A DNA stretch of 64,000 bases, taken from NCBI GenBank assembly GCA_051530055.1, contig CM121341.1, positions 7,728,784 to 7,792,783 on the forward strand. The letters run 5' to 3'. Below the pieces are notes generated by a model that did not search any database, was not told the DNA's origin, and saw nothing but the letters and a program-made list of their open reading frames with translations. The stretch is from Neoechinorhynchus agilis (taxonomy: Eukaryota > Animalia > Acanthocephala). The position numbers were made by a program, and so were the translations under genes. Positions 25,100 to 38,004 of the stretch are shown here, piece after piece. How positions within the stretch are numbered: the first letter of the stretch is position 1; the number at the start of each line of letters is the position of its first letter.

Positions 25100-26200
25100 A
25101 GTGGACCTCATATAACATTTTTGTTGTTGAAAAACACACACAGACAATAGAACGGCCCATGTATCTTTGGGTCCTTATAAACATTCGAGACCACATTGTT
25201 CAAGAAAACGTATCAATTAGGATGGAAAAATCAAGTCCACGGATATCCGTTCTGGAGGAAATTGATGGTTATTGTTTGCAGGAGTGCTTTTAAGGTTGGT
25301 CTTTCCTCAGGCTCATTTCAAGTTCTGATATCCGAGAAGAGTGGGCAGCATGGAAAAAGGAGCGTAAGTTTAGGGAGATGCGAGGTCGATGGAGGATAAA
25401 ACGAATTAGGATTACGAGTGTCGTGCTCGTGTGAAAACGGTGCGACATTTGGAAGGAATTGTGGTTCAAGGGTTGACAGGCGTTTTGTTTGTTTTATGAA
25501 AATAGCATCAAGGCATTCGGTGAGAAGGGGAAAACTAAGTTTTGCAAATCTTAGATGCTCTTTTATGATACATTTCAAGACGACGATTTGTGATTTGGAA
25601 ATGTTGCAAAATACGGGGGATGGTAAGATAAAGCTGAAGTAAAATTTGGAGGCATTAGGTGAAGGGATTTTTAAATATCGGATTCGTTTGGGGAGACAAA
25701 TTTTAAAGGTGTTGAGCTTGAGAGAGCGATGCCCGAGTCTAATTTCAAGTTTGATTGAAATTGAAAATCCAGAATTCTGAGGGAGGTGATTCGTTGGATG
25801 TCATTTGGAAGATCGGGGGATGATATGAGATTGCGGGAGAATGAAGGGATCAGTTTTAAGCATTAAGAGATTTGTGCAGAAATCTTTTATGTGTGTGATT
25901 TCGTTAGAGGTTAAGGAGAGGGAGGGGTCGGGTTAAAAAATGAGTGATGAAGGTGATATTGTCCGCGTATAAGAAAAGTTTAAAGTGAGAGGAGAGGGGT
26001 TTGAGGTTGTTTAGGAAAATATTAAAGAGAAATGGTGACTGGTTAGGAATAGGCTGATTTGTGAAGATAAGACTCGAGCCAGCGGATCTGCCACGAGTTG
26101 AGACCAAAATCGGCGAAGGCCCGGAGAAGGAGTGAATGGTCCACTGAGTCGAAAGCTTCAGATAAATCAAGTTGAATGAGACGGGTGACGTGGGAGGGAT
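25100..26200 (-). mobile_element. 5'-truncated APE-type LINE (CR1/L2-like) RT and 3' region
   Basis: LDLSEAFDSVDHSLLL, FLYADNIT; nucleotide homology to 46850-47880. Confidence 0.8.
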
Positions 26201-26343
26201 CATTGTCGAATCCGAGAGGTGAAATATCGGGGAAATAAATCATATCGATGAATTTTGAATCCGAATTATGGGTACCAAAATTGAGAAGCCCGTCCAAATT
26301 CTAAAAAAAACCGCAATTCGTTTTCTCTCTCCAAACAAAAAGC

Positions 26344-26763
26344 TCATTCGATTCCCTCTTCGGTATACTTGCCTTTTTCGGCGGTCTTGGACTGAGTTTT
26401 CCGATCGATGATGGCTTTTCGACGAGAGTCGACCTTTAGTTTCGTGATGACCACATTTGACGGATGAATTCCGACATGAACAGTCATTCCATTGGCCTTC
26501 TCTCGTGTTGCTCTATCGAGATGAACAACGAACTTCTTTCGATAGACTTGAGTGACCTTTGCAGTTTGGTTGCTTTTAAAATGACCGCGAGTCACCAATA
26601 CTTCATCTTCTTTGTGGATCGGCAAACTCCGGATCCCAAACTTTTTCCTCAACTCTTTGGACAGCGGTGAACTCATCAGCTTATACCGAATATGGGACGG
26701 CGCAGTGAAGTGACGCTTACGATTCTTACGACGGCTCGAGGAAACGAGTTTATTGCGCTTCAT
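26344..26763 (-). CDS. RPL26: 60S ribosomal protein L26 (uL24), intronless
   Basis: [64 protein letters not shown]. Confidence 0.97.
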   Translation of the reverse strand: MKRNKLVSSSRRKNRKRHFTAPSHIRYKLMSSPLSKELRKKFGIRSLPIHKEDEVLVTRGHFKSNQTAKVTQVYRKKFVVHLDRATREKANGMTVHVGIHPSNVVITKLKVDSRRKAIIDRKTQSKTAEKGKYTEEGIE

Positions 26764-27269
26764 CAACTATTTTCTTTAGCGAACGAGAGAGCGAGAGCAG
26801 ATGGAAAGATTCTACTAAAACACGGAAGAATGCACTATGACGTCATTTCTGATTACATTCACATGAAAAAATCGGAATCCAACGAAAATGCGGACGTTTT
26901 CTCGTTTAGAGACCGACTGCGAACGTGGTAATACCGCGTTTTAGCGTCTTGGTAGAATTTTCGATTCTTCAGTATCTGTATTTCATCTCGTTGTTTTCTG
27001 CTAGCTTATCATTTCTAATACCTTTTTTTCTCCTTTTTGGCCAATTTCTGGTTTTTTGGCTTGGAAATAGACTTCGAATTTTATTAATAATGTTTCAACA
27101 CGAAAAAAGGGCTTTGACGTAAAATCTGCTTTCTTTCCCCCAAAAAAATTGGTTTCAGAAAAAAAATCGTAAATATAACTCTTCCGATTTTTTGGTACTG
27201 AAAAATCAATCGGTGGGTCGTGTTTTCTTAAAAAGAAAATTATCAGCCTTAAAAATGGAAGAATATTGA

Positions 27270-27810
27270 TTTGTTCTTACCAAAAGAAAGTATTTCCCCC
27301 ACGACGATATATTAATCAATATTTCGTCCGTTTCGTCGGACTTTTTCAGATTGTTTCTCACGGCTCTCCAATGGACGGACTTTTTTTTAAAATGAATCAA
27401 TCAATTTTGTTTTCTTATCATCAAAGAACACAGAATAAAAGTTTTAAAGAAGTTGAGAAGAATATTTATTTTTTTCTTACCAAAAGAAAGTATTTCCCCA
27501 TCCCCCCACGACGATGCATTAATTATCAATATTTCGTCCGTTTCGTCGGACTTTTTCAGATTGTTTCTCACGGCTCTCCAATGGACGGATTTTTTGTTAA
27601 AAATGAATCAATCAATTTTGTTTTCTTATCATCAAAGAACACAGAATAAAAGTTTTAAAGAAGTTCAGAAGAATATTTATTTTTTCTTACCAAAAGAAAG
27701 TATTTCCCCCACGACGATATATTAATTATCAATATTTCGTCCGTTTCGTCGGACTTTGTCAGATTGTTTCTCACGGCTCTCCAATGGACGGACTTTTTTT
27801 GTTAAAAATG
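27270..27810. repeat. ~205-bp tandem repeat, ~2.6 copies
   Basis: ccaaaagaaagtatttcccc at ~27280, 27480, 27690. Confidence 0.88.
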
Positions 27811-28166
27811 AATCAATCAATTTTCTTGAGATAAGCAGGCAGAAGTAATGTATCTGTAAATTCTCGGCGATTTGATGGTGGGTCATCATTTGGTGCACAT
27901 CGTAGAGATTTTTGTGTTTAAGAAATTAGACCCATGTACTTTTGGGGTCGTCTTCAACAACAACTTTCTTCATGCTTTTCCCTTCTCGGGGTCGCACAAA
28001 AACTTGCAGTTCTAAGACTTCACACATCCATCGGTAAATGTCGATCCTCAGCCACACACACAATCTTTCCATCGTTTTCTCGGCCTTCTGCGCTTCCTTA
28101 TCCTTTTTTTTAATTTCCTCGACTTTTTGATCATTTTCCCTTTTTTGCAGACAAAATCACACCAAT

Positions 28167-31100
28167 ATGGGATCGCCATCGTCGCCTCCGTCGAAATCTG
28201 TCGCAGAATTGATTCCGTTATCGATGAAATCAGTGTCATTTATGGACTACATGGATCAAAAAGATGAGATCGACAATCTCATAAATGACCGAAAGTCACG
28301 AATCCGAATGCCTGATACGACGGACATTGTATTCAACGAAGAATGCGTATACACTTTTGACAACAAAGAAACTCAACCTTTCGGTATATTCATTTCATTG
28401 TTTACGTTCGATGCAATCGGTGAACTCATGATCGATTTTTATGAGCTCCAATACGGTCCATCGGTGTTTTTGAACGTACGGCAGACTCGAATTGTCAACG
28501 ATCTTAAAGGAGACGCCGAGAACAAACCTCAGAAATTAGCTCTTAATGTAGAAGGCGGCTTCCAAGACAACGCAAAAGTGGAAATTGTCACTCAATATTA
28601 TCTTTATTTTCATCCGGAACGTATTTTCGTTCCCATTGAACACGGAGATCCGTATCCGTTGCAACATATCGTAGAGAGCGTTCTTACACGCGGATCTTAT
28701 TTTGAACGGGAACTACAGAACGTCGATCCAACGTCGGCGTTCACGTTAGAAGATGCTCGTCCAGTGAGTAGATTTGCTCAATCGTTGGAACAAATTCCAA
28801 CAACGAAAACTATCGGACCCAGTGGTTGGAAATGCGAACAATGCGATAACATGGATAATCTTTGGCTAAATCTATCGGACGGCAGTGTATTGTGTGGTAG
28901 ACAGAACTTTGGTGGAACTGGGGCTAACAATCATGCCCTCCACCATTATGAACAAACCGGATATCCTCTAGTCGTTAAACTAGGAACCATAACCGATTCG
29001 TCCGCTGATGTCTATAGTTACAAGGAAGATATGATGGTCATTGATCCTTTGCTCGAACAGCATCTCCTACATTTCGGCATCAAAATAACTTCATTGACTA
29101 AAAGCGCGAAAACAATGAACGAACTAGAAGTTGAAGTCAATAATACCGCTGTAATTGGTGCTAATGAGAGTGTAGGAGTCATTAGTGGACCTGGTCTCAC
29201 TGGAATGCACAATTTAGGAGCCACTTGTTATATGAACGCTGTACTGGAGCTGGTCTCGGATATACTGGCTCTTATTGGTCAGTAAAGTATTTTAAATACA
29301 TTCAAGTGTCTCTAGAACATTTCTTATTCCAATATTTTAGGCAAAATTCTTTTGTTGAATATGGCGAAGAAATATTGTAATCTCCCGCTGGCCTTATTAA
29401 TTGCTTGTACGAATATTTAATAACTTAGAAGCAATTCTGAAGAAGGCCAGCGAGCAGGCCAAAAATTCAAGTTGATAAATTACAATCTTTCTTCGTCATT
29501 CTTTTGTTTTGCATAAGCCAATGAAATCACTTTTGCTCAAATTTTTTCTACAACTCCCCAGTCCGGATCCTACGATACTTCTCGAGTGGGGGGAGCCGGA
29601 ACTCATTCGTGAGTTTTCTCATTTAGCAGTATTTCTAGGAATCATCACCAATCGTAAACGTGAACCATTTAGAATCCCAAGAGATCGTCTATTTGCATGA
29701 TTCTCCTTTTTTTACATCGCATTTGGTCCCCCGCTCCTCCTTTGGCTAGGAATCATCACCAATCGTAAACGTGAACCATTTAGAATCCCAAGAGATCGTC
29801 TATTTGCATGATTCTCCTTTTTTTAAACCTTTTTCCCCCGCTCCTCCTTTGGCTAGGAATCATCACCAATCGTAAGCGTGAACCATTTAGAATCCCAAGA
29901 GATCGTCTATTTGCATGATTCTCCTTTTTAAACCTTTTCCCCCGCTCCTCCTTTGGCTAGGAATCATCACCAATCGTAAGCGTGAACCATTTAGAATCCC
30001 AAGAGATCGTCTATTTGCATGATTCTCCTTTTTTAAACCTTTTTCCCCCGCTCCTCCTTTGGCTAGGAATCATCACCAATCGTAAACGTGAACCATTTAG
30101 AATCCCAAGAGATCGTCTATTTGCATGATTCTCCTTTTTTTAAACCTTTTTCCCCCGCTCCTCCTTTGGTTACGAATCATCACCAATCGTAAGCGTGAAC
30201 CATTTAGAATCCCAAGAGATCGTCTATTTGCATGATTCTCCTTTTTTTAAACCTTTTTCCCCCGCTCCTCCTTTGGTTACGAATCATCACCAATCGTAAG
30301 CGTGAACCATTTAGAATCCCAAGAGATCGTCTATTTGCATGATTCTCCTTTTTTAAACCTTTTTCCCCCGCTCCTCCTTTGGTTACGAATCATCACCAAT
30401 CGTAAACGTGAACCATTTAGAATCTCAAGAGATCGTCTATTTGCATGATTCTCCTTTTTTTAAACCGCATTTGGTCCCCCGCTCCTCCTTTGGCTAGGAA
30501 TCATCACCAATCGTAAGCGTGAACCATTTAGAATCCCAAGAGATCGTCTATTTGCATGATTCTCCTTTTTTTACATCGCATTTGGTCCCCCGCTCCTCCT
30601 TTGGTTACGAATCATCACCAATCGTAAACGTGAACCATTTAGAATCCCAAGAGATCGTCTATTTGCATGATTCTCCTTTTTTTACATCGCATTTGGTCCC
30701 CCGCTCCTCCTTTGGTTACGAATCATCACCAATCGTAAACGTGAACCATTTAGAATCCCAAGAGATCGTCTATTTGCATGATTCTCCTTTTTTTAAACCG
30801 CATTTGGTCCCCCGCTCCTCCTTTGGTTACGAATCATCACCAATCGTAAGCGTGAACCATTTAGAATCCCAAGAGATCGTCTATTTGCATGATTCTCCTT
30901 TTTTTAAACCATTTGGTCCCCCGCTCCTCCTTTGGCTAGGAATCATCACCAATCGTAAGCGTGAACCATTTAGAATCCCAAGAGATCGTCTATTTGCATG
31001 ATTCTCCTTTTTTTAAACCTTTTTCCCCCGCTCCTCCTTTGGTTACGAATCATCACCAATCGTAAGCGTGAACCATTTAGAATCCCAAGAGATCGTCTAT

Positions 31101-32761
31101 TTGCATGATTCTCCTTTTTTTAAACCTTTTTCCCCCCGCTCCTCCTTTGGTTAGGAATCATCACCAATCGTAAGCGTGAACCATTTAGAATCCCAAGAGA
31201 TCGTCTATTTGCATGATTCTCCTTTTTTTAAACCTTTTTCCCCCGCTCCTCCTTTGGCTAGGAATCATCACCAATCGTAAACGTGAACCATTTAGAATCC
31301 CAAGAGATCGTCTATTTGCAAGATTCTCCTTTTTTAAACTCGTGGATCCGCCTCCTACTCAGGAGGCTAAAACTCGAATTTCGAGCTCTTCCCTGATGCA
31401 AGATATATTTTAAAATTCGAATATCTTACAAACCCTCCGAGATCTTTTGTGCTTCATTAATGGAAGTGTTATTCGGCGTAATTGATCCATTCGTCGTTCA
31501 CTACTACGAGGACACCAAGCGTTTCTTTGAACACATGAAGATTGCTACAGGCAAGCGTCCTGGTCTTGACTTTGGTGTTCAGATGGCGAAACTGGCTCAT
31601 GGGCTCTTGAGCGGTCGTTATGTTTCAATTAATCCTAGGATGTTACGAGCAACTATAGCTCGAATGAGCAGCGTGTTTTCGTCTCCGGGTCAACAGGATG
31701 CTGGTGAATTTCTCATGTTTTTGCTCAATGAACTCTACAAATACTATTACGCCTACCAACACTCTCTGTTTGCTAGATCAGTGAGTGACTGTGTCCGTCT
31801 CAGTATTGAAGAACGCGATTATTCGGTCCAAGAAGTCATGTACCAGTATCGGAAACGAGACGAATACATTCTTAGTTTACCGATGACACAAACGGACACG
31901 AGTATGTCTGAACTTTTGAGCCGATGGGCATCTGATGAAGATTTGAGTGGTGGGAAGATAAAAAGGCGTCTTCGTATTAGTAGATTTCCCATGTATATGT
32001 TCGTGGTTACGCAAAGGTTTCAATTGGCTGATGATTGGAGTCCAGTTAAGCTTCAGAATGAACTCAGTGATGTTGATTTAATTGACCTTGATAGTTTAAG
32101 GGCACGTGGTCCTCAGCCACATGAGAAGTTGATGAATGAAGATGATGAAGGACGAGGAGGAAGAGGTGCAAATGGACTTAGTCGAGAAGAAGAGTTGCTT
32201 GTTGTAGCTCTTAAACCACTTGGGTTTTCTCATAATGCTTGTCTTAAAGCGATCAAAGCCATACATCCTCGATTGAACGAGGCGATTGCGATTGATTGGC
32301 TTCTTGAACACAGCAATGATCCCGATCTAAACCTACCGGATGATGTGAGTTCAAAGAATGAAGACAAAGTGAGTGATGCTCACATTAGCGCATTGATAGA
32401 TATGGGATTTTCTCTTGAATTAGCTCGGTATAGTCTGTTACAAACGTCGGATAATCTTGGACGTGCGGTCGATTGGTTATTTAGTCATCCTGAAGAAAGG
32501 GATCGATGTGAAACTAAATGTGGCGAAATTCGGCAGTTTGACGAGGAAAACGAGTCGGGATCAAGCACTTACGAACTCGTTGCCATCATTGTCCATTTGG
32601 GTGTAAGTACCACTTGCGGACATTATGTTGCCTATGTGAAGAGACTGAAACAAGACGGACGTGCCGTATGGATCGGCTACAATGACGAAAAGGTTTTTGA
32701 GTGCGAAGGCGAACCTGTTGGAAAAGACAAAGCTTATGTTTATGTCTACAAACAAGTTTGA
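28167..32761 (+). CDS. USP5: Ubiquitin-specific protease USP5/USP13 (ZnF-UBP, UCH, two UBA domains); 2 exons; real start may be ~28243
   Basis: NLWLNLSDGSVLCGR, HALHHYEQTGYPLVVKLGTIT, GMHNLGATCYMN, QQDAGEF, AIDWLLEH, RAVDWLFSH, CGHYVAY, YNDEKV. Confidence 0.93.
29241..31468 (+). other. Large USP5 intron, junction ambiguous and probably non-canonical
   Basis: Interrupts CYMNAV(L/M)E(L/V)LF; tctcgga/tccgaga and tggagc/gcttca complementary pairs near the ends. Confidence 0.6.
29636..31335. repeat. ~107-bp (104-111) minisatellite, ~15-16 copies, inside the USP5 intron
   Basis: catcaccaatcgtaa at 29643, 29754, 29861, 29965, 30071, 30178 and onward. Confidence 0.95.
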
Positions 32762-33394
32762 TTGGCTAAATTTAAAAAGACACGAATTTAGTGAAAAGAA
32801 TTTCTCTCTCTCTCGAATCACAACCTATCGTTCTCATCACATTGAGGTCGTGGAGTCGATCAATGCCCGACATAACTCCTCTGATTCGTCCGATTCATTT
32901 GTCGCTTCTGGTAAAGTCTCGTGAAGTATTCCGTCCATGATTTGAGCTAACATTTTACGCCTCAAATAATGAGAACCCGGTACTTTTGTACGTGGAATAA
33001 AGAGTCAGCGAAAATTGGGCTTTTACTGGTTAGCGCCAATCGCTCTTTTTCTTAATTTTGACGATTGAACTTTCAATATTCGTTAAGGAATACCGAATCA
33101 GTACAAATATTCGACTGGGTGGCCCTAAAATCTACCGAATCGTCAACGAGCATTTCCCAAACTTTGACGCAGAAAACTGTTGGATTCAATAATTTTATAA
33201 TTCAGTACTCATCGACAGAGAAAATCTTACCGCCATACAAACCCTTCTGATTTATTGGAGATATTTCGCGAGATTTGAATTGATAAAACGAAAATAACTA
33301 ATGTAATAATTGCAATCGTTGGACGAGAAGAAACATTTCACGATAAAACCTAGCTTCATTGATTGTTTTATTCGCTCACATTCAAGTGCGAGAA

Positions 33395-33485
33395 AAAACT
33401 TGCAAACAATCGCTGAAGAAGATCCGAGATAGTGGATCGAAATATCCAATAAAATCTTAATTTCATTTCTCCTATCGACAAATAA
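33395..33485. repeat. Half copy of the 11720 palindromic element
   Basis: aatcgctgaagaagatccgagatagtggatcgaaatatccaataaaatcttaatttcatttctcctatcgacaaata. Confidence 0.8.
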
Positions 33486-33509
33486 AACACTTTGATCATT
33501 CGAGACATT

Positions 33510-35200
33510 TCAATGTAAAAGGGTTTTGATTTGTAAGATTGTTGCGAGTTTCCCCGTAATATCGGAAACGTTGCGTACTAAAGCGCCGGTATTTTGTCCA
33601 ACGAACGTAATTGGAGCATTCCTGGCTACTCTTTCAGCCACTTGGCATAGAAAAACTCCACAGTCGTCACAGTTATCTTGCCTCGGACAAGGCATAGGAG
33701 CTTTGACCCATCCGTAACTCCCAAGAACTTCTCCGTTCATTCGAGCTTCGTGTTCCGTCTCCAGGTACTTGTAGATTGTGTTAAGGATCGAAACATTGTT
33801 CGATTTGGTCCCGAGGCTGTCATAATACCTAATCTCCTTTTCTTTCAAATGAACACTTACAAGAGTCCAATGGGAATTCTGATGAACGGGGATAAAAAGG
33901 ATATCATAAGAGAAAATGTCCACTTTACGAGTCCATCTCTTAACGGTTTTGTATCCATCTTTGGCCGAAAGACGAACGTAAAAGAACGAAGAAAAGGCGT
34001 ATGCTGATGGAATGGTATCAAAAGTATCAGAAAATAGTCCATTGAGCATTACATTCGGGCTTTTAAACATATTTTTTGTTGATTTTTCCATCTATGGCGT
34101 ACAATTCAATCTTCAAATAGAAAAAATTGTTGTTTAGGTCCTCAATTCAACAATGTGACGACTTTAATACATTTGTTTTTGGGAAGCAGGGTATTTTTGA
34201 TTCAGATTTTTATGGCATCCCGAGTCTATGAAGCCACACCGATCTCTTATGCATCAGAAAAGTGATTGAATCATTTAGATTCTCTGATTAAAAGTGTTTG
34301 TGGAGCATCAGTCCGGATCCTCAGATACCTCCCGAAGAGGCGGAGGAGGCGAGATTAATCAGTGAGTTTCCTCTTCCCTTCTTAACGCGATCTCTCGCGG
34401 GGACCTAAACAACAATAAGAAAAATTGCCAAATATTTCACAAGGTTTTCCTTGCCTCTTCAGTCACTACTGTTAGAAAGTTTATTGAACAAATATTTCTC
34501 AAATAAATGAGTATCGATAACACCGGGGACCGGATTACCATTGGTTAAAATAATGAAATCTTAAAAAAACAACCATTCATCGAATTGTATGGGAAAAACT
34601 TTAAAAATTGTCCAGTAACATTTGCAGAACTCAAAAAATTCCCCATTTTTTGGTTAATAAAAAATTAAATTACCGTTCATTCCATCCACTATAAACAGAT
34701 GGAAGCGTAGCTCGATTACGATTGGCTCTTTCGGCGATCATTTCCATATAGAAATTAATAATTTCATCATTAAGCCATCCGCCAGGTTTGAGAAGAGCAA
34801 GATCTTTTCTGCGAATCGGGATATTGAATTTTTGTACTTTCAAAAAATCCGCTTCTTCGTCGTCTTCTTTTTGATTAAAAACGTCTTCAGTTCGTTCAAA
34901 ATCTTTTTCACTGATTGGAGGAAGTGATTGTTTAAGTTTGCTTTCATCCACCGGTGAATGACTGAGTCTAAATTTCTTCATGTTCTTCGCTGTGTCAGAC
35001 TTCAACGTTAGCACATCCACTGCCGTGTTCAAGTTGATGAAAATCACACTTCGTTTCGCTTTCAAAAATTATCTCAAAAATATAAAGGAGAATTCCAAGT
35101 GACGGAAAAATGAATAAAACGCGCAATGAACGTTCGCTTGAAGCTACAGGCAACCACGATTTCTGCATTGGCTGCTGCTGGATACACCTACTTTCAACCA
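33510..35200 (-). CDS. SUMO-specific protease (SENP1/2/Ulp1 family, C48 peptidase); 5' end uncertain
   Basis: WLNDEIINFYM, VKRWTRKVDIF, PVHQNSHW, YYDSLG, PRQDNCDDCGVF (His-Asp-Cys triad). Confidence 0.9.
33999..34690 (-). other. SENP intron, non-canonical at the homology junction (AG...AC or GT...CG), 9-bp perfect inverted repeat
   Basis: tat|agtg-gatggaatg ... cattccatc-agcatac|gcc; joins LPSVY to AFSSFF. Confidence 0.72.
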
Positions 35201-35369
35201 ATCACAATATATCGATTTTTTTTCGATCTTTCTTATAGACGAATTAGAGAAGAAAGAATCGGGGGAGATGCAATCCAACCGAAATGGAGAGTTTCCTAGT
35301 TTTACAACTTCCATAATTCGAATTCAAAATTCTCCAGTTTATTTAGATGGTGTTTTCTAAATAATATCG

Positions 35370-36000
35370 GTGAATTTTGAGAATTCGAATTATGGAAGTT
35401 GAAAAACTAAGTCTCTTCCCCCCCCCCGAAGATAATTTCTCAAGAAATTTGGGAATTATTCGAGAGGTTAAATATCGGGGAAATAAATCAGTGGATTCAA
35501 ATCCGAATGAGGATTGCAAAACTAAGAAAGTCTCTTTCCACCCGAAGATAATTTTTTAAGAAATTTGGGAATTATTCGAGAGGTTAAATATCGGGGAAAT
35601 AAATCAGTGGATTCAAATCCGAATGGAGGTTGCAGAACTAAGAAAGTCTCTTTCCCCCCGAAGATAATTTTTCAAGAAATTTGGGAATTATTCGAGAGGT
35701 TAAATATCGGGGAAATAAATCAGTGGATTCAAATCCGAATGGAGGTTGCAGAACTAAAAAAGTCTCTTTCCCCCCGAAGATAATTTTTCAAGAAATTTGG
35801 GAATTATTCGAGAGGTTAAACATCGGGGAAATAAATCAGTGGATTCAAATCCGAATGGAAGTTGAAAAACTAAGTCTCTTTCCTCCTCCGAAGATAATTT
35901 TTCAGGAACTTTGGGGAAATATCAGGGGTTAATAAATCATATCGGAGAATTTTGAGAATCCGAATGGAAGTTGAAAAATTAAGAAGAAGAAAAGAAAGTC
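35370..36000 (+). repeat. Sat-A ~113-116-bp array, ~5 copies, between the divergent SENP and AIG1-like genes
   Basis: aaatatcggggaaataaatcagtggattcaaatccgaat repeated. Confidence 0.92.
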
Positions 36001-36189
36001 TCTTTCCCCTCGCTTCCGAATATAATATTTTTCAAGAACTTTTTTCATTTTCTTTTACAGATCTCAAAATATTCGTAAAAGAAGACACTGAACAAATTTC
36101 TCTGGATTTATCGATTCCACTAATGAACTAAAACTGCACTTTTCGATCTTTTAAGATTGAATTCATGTAGGTGAAAAATAGAATGATTT

Positions 36190-37022
36190 AATAAAACTTT
36201 TCATTGGCATAAAAAAGTCTTCTCGATATAAGTGATTGATTGATTTATGCGTTCCTTAGTCACCCATATAATTGGATATTTCCATCTCACTTCTACACTT
36301 TCCAATACTTTACTTTTATCGACATGGTAACTTTTGAATCGGACTCGTCATTAATTTTTTTTGTTTGCTATTTAGTTTGTCCAACTAATGTTCCAAATAG
36401 TGAACATAGTGACTATTTGGTTGCCGAACGACAGGATCGTTAAATTCAGGGACGTTTATCATTCAGTATTCGCATTTCCATACGCATTAGTTTGTGTTTT
36501 CTTTTAAAGACCTTTTATTTCTTTTTTTTAGTTTGTAACCAAGATGTTTTGGATTCTATTCCTTTATGATCAATCATACTTTGAAGACCCAAAGCGTATT
36601 GTTTATATTAGTCCACTCATGAATCATATACTACACACTCTACCAGCCATTACAGTCATTTCTCATGGTCTTACAACAGTTCATAAATTCCCACGGTCAC
36701 TCACACCTCCACTGATGTGCTTAATTGCAACCGCTTTTATCTATACTTCAGTGTAAGCTCATTTAATTCCTTAAAACCAATTCAATCTTTCTTCATCTAT
36801 AGTCTTTATTGGGTTCGATCGAAATTAGGCAGATTTCCTTATCCTTTTCTCGAAATGATGGACTCGAAACAATTTATTCTATTCATCGGCGTTTCATCAA
36901 TCGTTTATTTAATCAATTATTTTATCGGATTTATGCTGAATTCAGTGTCCAAAAAAATAAATGGGAAGCAAAGGTACTCTTCTTCGCTTTTGTCACATTC
37001 TATCCGTACCAATCAACAATAA
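36190..37022 (+). CDS. AIG1/ADTRP (FAR-17a) family membrane protein; several short canonical GT-AG introns; start not located
   Basis: Spliced frame gives FQYFTFIDM|FVQL...FRDVYHSVFAFPYAL|FVTKMFWILFLYD...MNHILHTLP...RFPYPFLE. Confidence 0.75.
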
Positions 37023-37176
37023 AATAAATATTTAGAAAAGCGGAAATTATAATAAAGGAACAATGAAGACCAACTATTCTATAGACCAAGTTGCATGATA
37101 TTCAAATAAATGTCGCATTCTCGTCATTGATTGTTGCGAAAATCTAAAGGCAAAAAAGGGGATGAGGGTAAAAGTC

Positions 37177-37930
37177 ACCGAGCTGAAATTATGCCCATCG
37201 CTGCCTGCCTTCGATTGCTCACCATCGTTTCAACTTCTGGTTTTGCCATTTGGACCGCGTGGATTACCGGACGAATCCTCAAATCTAAGGTGGCCAACAA
37301 GGACGGAGTGCCTGTCGTGGAGATTTCGACGGATCTTCGCTGCTACGGTCGCCCGAGAAGTCTGCTAGGAACCCGGAACATTAAAAGGCAAAATAGGGGA
37401 CACGGGTAAAAGTCCCCGAGCTGAAATCATGGTGATCGCTGCCTGCCTTCGATTGCTCACCATCGTCTCAACTTCTAGTTTTGGCATTTAGATCGCGTGG
37501 ATTACCGGACGAATCCTCAAATCTGAGGTGGCCATCAAGGACGGAATGCCTGTCGTGGAGATATCGACGGATCTTCGCTGCTGCGGTCACCCGAGAAGTC
37601 TGCTAGAAATCCTGAACATTAGCTCGAAAAAAGGGGACACGGGTAAAGGTCCCCGAGCTGAAATCATGGTGATCGCTGCCTGCCTTCGATTGCTCACCAT
37701 CGTCTCAACTTCTAGTTTTGGCATTTAGATCGCGTGGATAACCGGACAAATCCTCAAATCCAAGGTGGCCATCAAGGACGGAATGCCTGTCGTGGAGATT
37801 TCGACGGATCTTCGCTGCTACGGTCGCCCGAGAAGTCTGCTAGGAACCCGGAACATAAAAAGGCAAAAGTCACCGAGCTGAAATCATGGTGATCGCTGCC
37901 TGCCTTCGATTGTTCACCATCGTCTCAACT
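37177..37930. repeat. ~238-bp GC-richer tandem repeat, ~3.2 copies
   Basis: ccgagctgaaat(c/t)atg...gctgcctgccttcgattg at ~37177, 37415, 37654, 37871. Confidence 0.9.
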
Positions 37931-38004
37931 TCTACACTACAAAAATGAAAGAGAGATGGAGAAAAACGCGATTTTATTCATTCATTTTGTCGAAAATGGG
38001 AGTG

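Noticed and set aside
27820-28160. Possible minus-strand gene (ENDQKVEEIKKKDKEAQKAEKTMER) head-to-head with USP5
   Set aside because: The segment looks protein-like, but I could not build a consistent exon chain or recognise a family.
30519-31001. Repeat-protein ORFs inside satellites (also 43695-44147, 43284-43577, 35565-35932)
   Set aside because: They arise when the unit length is a multiple of three. They lie within an intron or array, and neighbouring units are out of frame.
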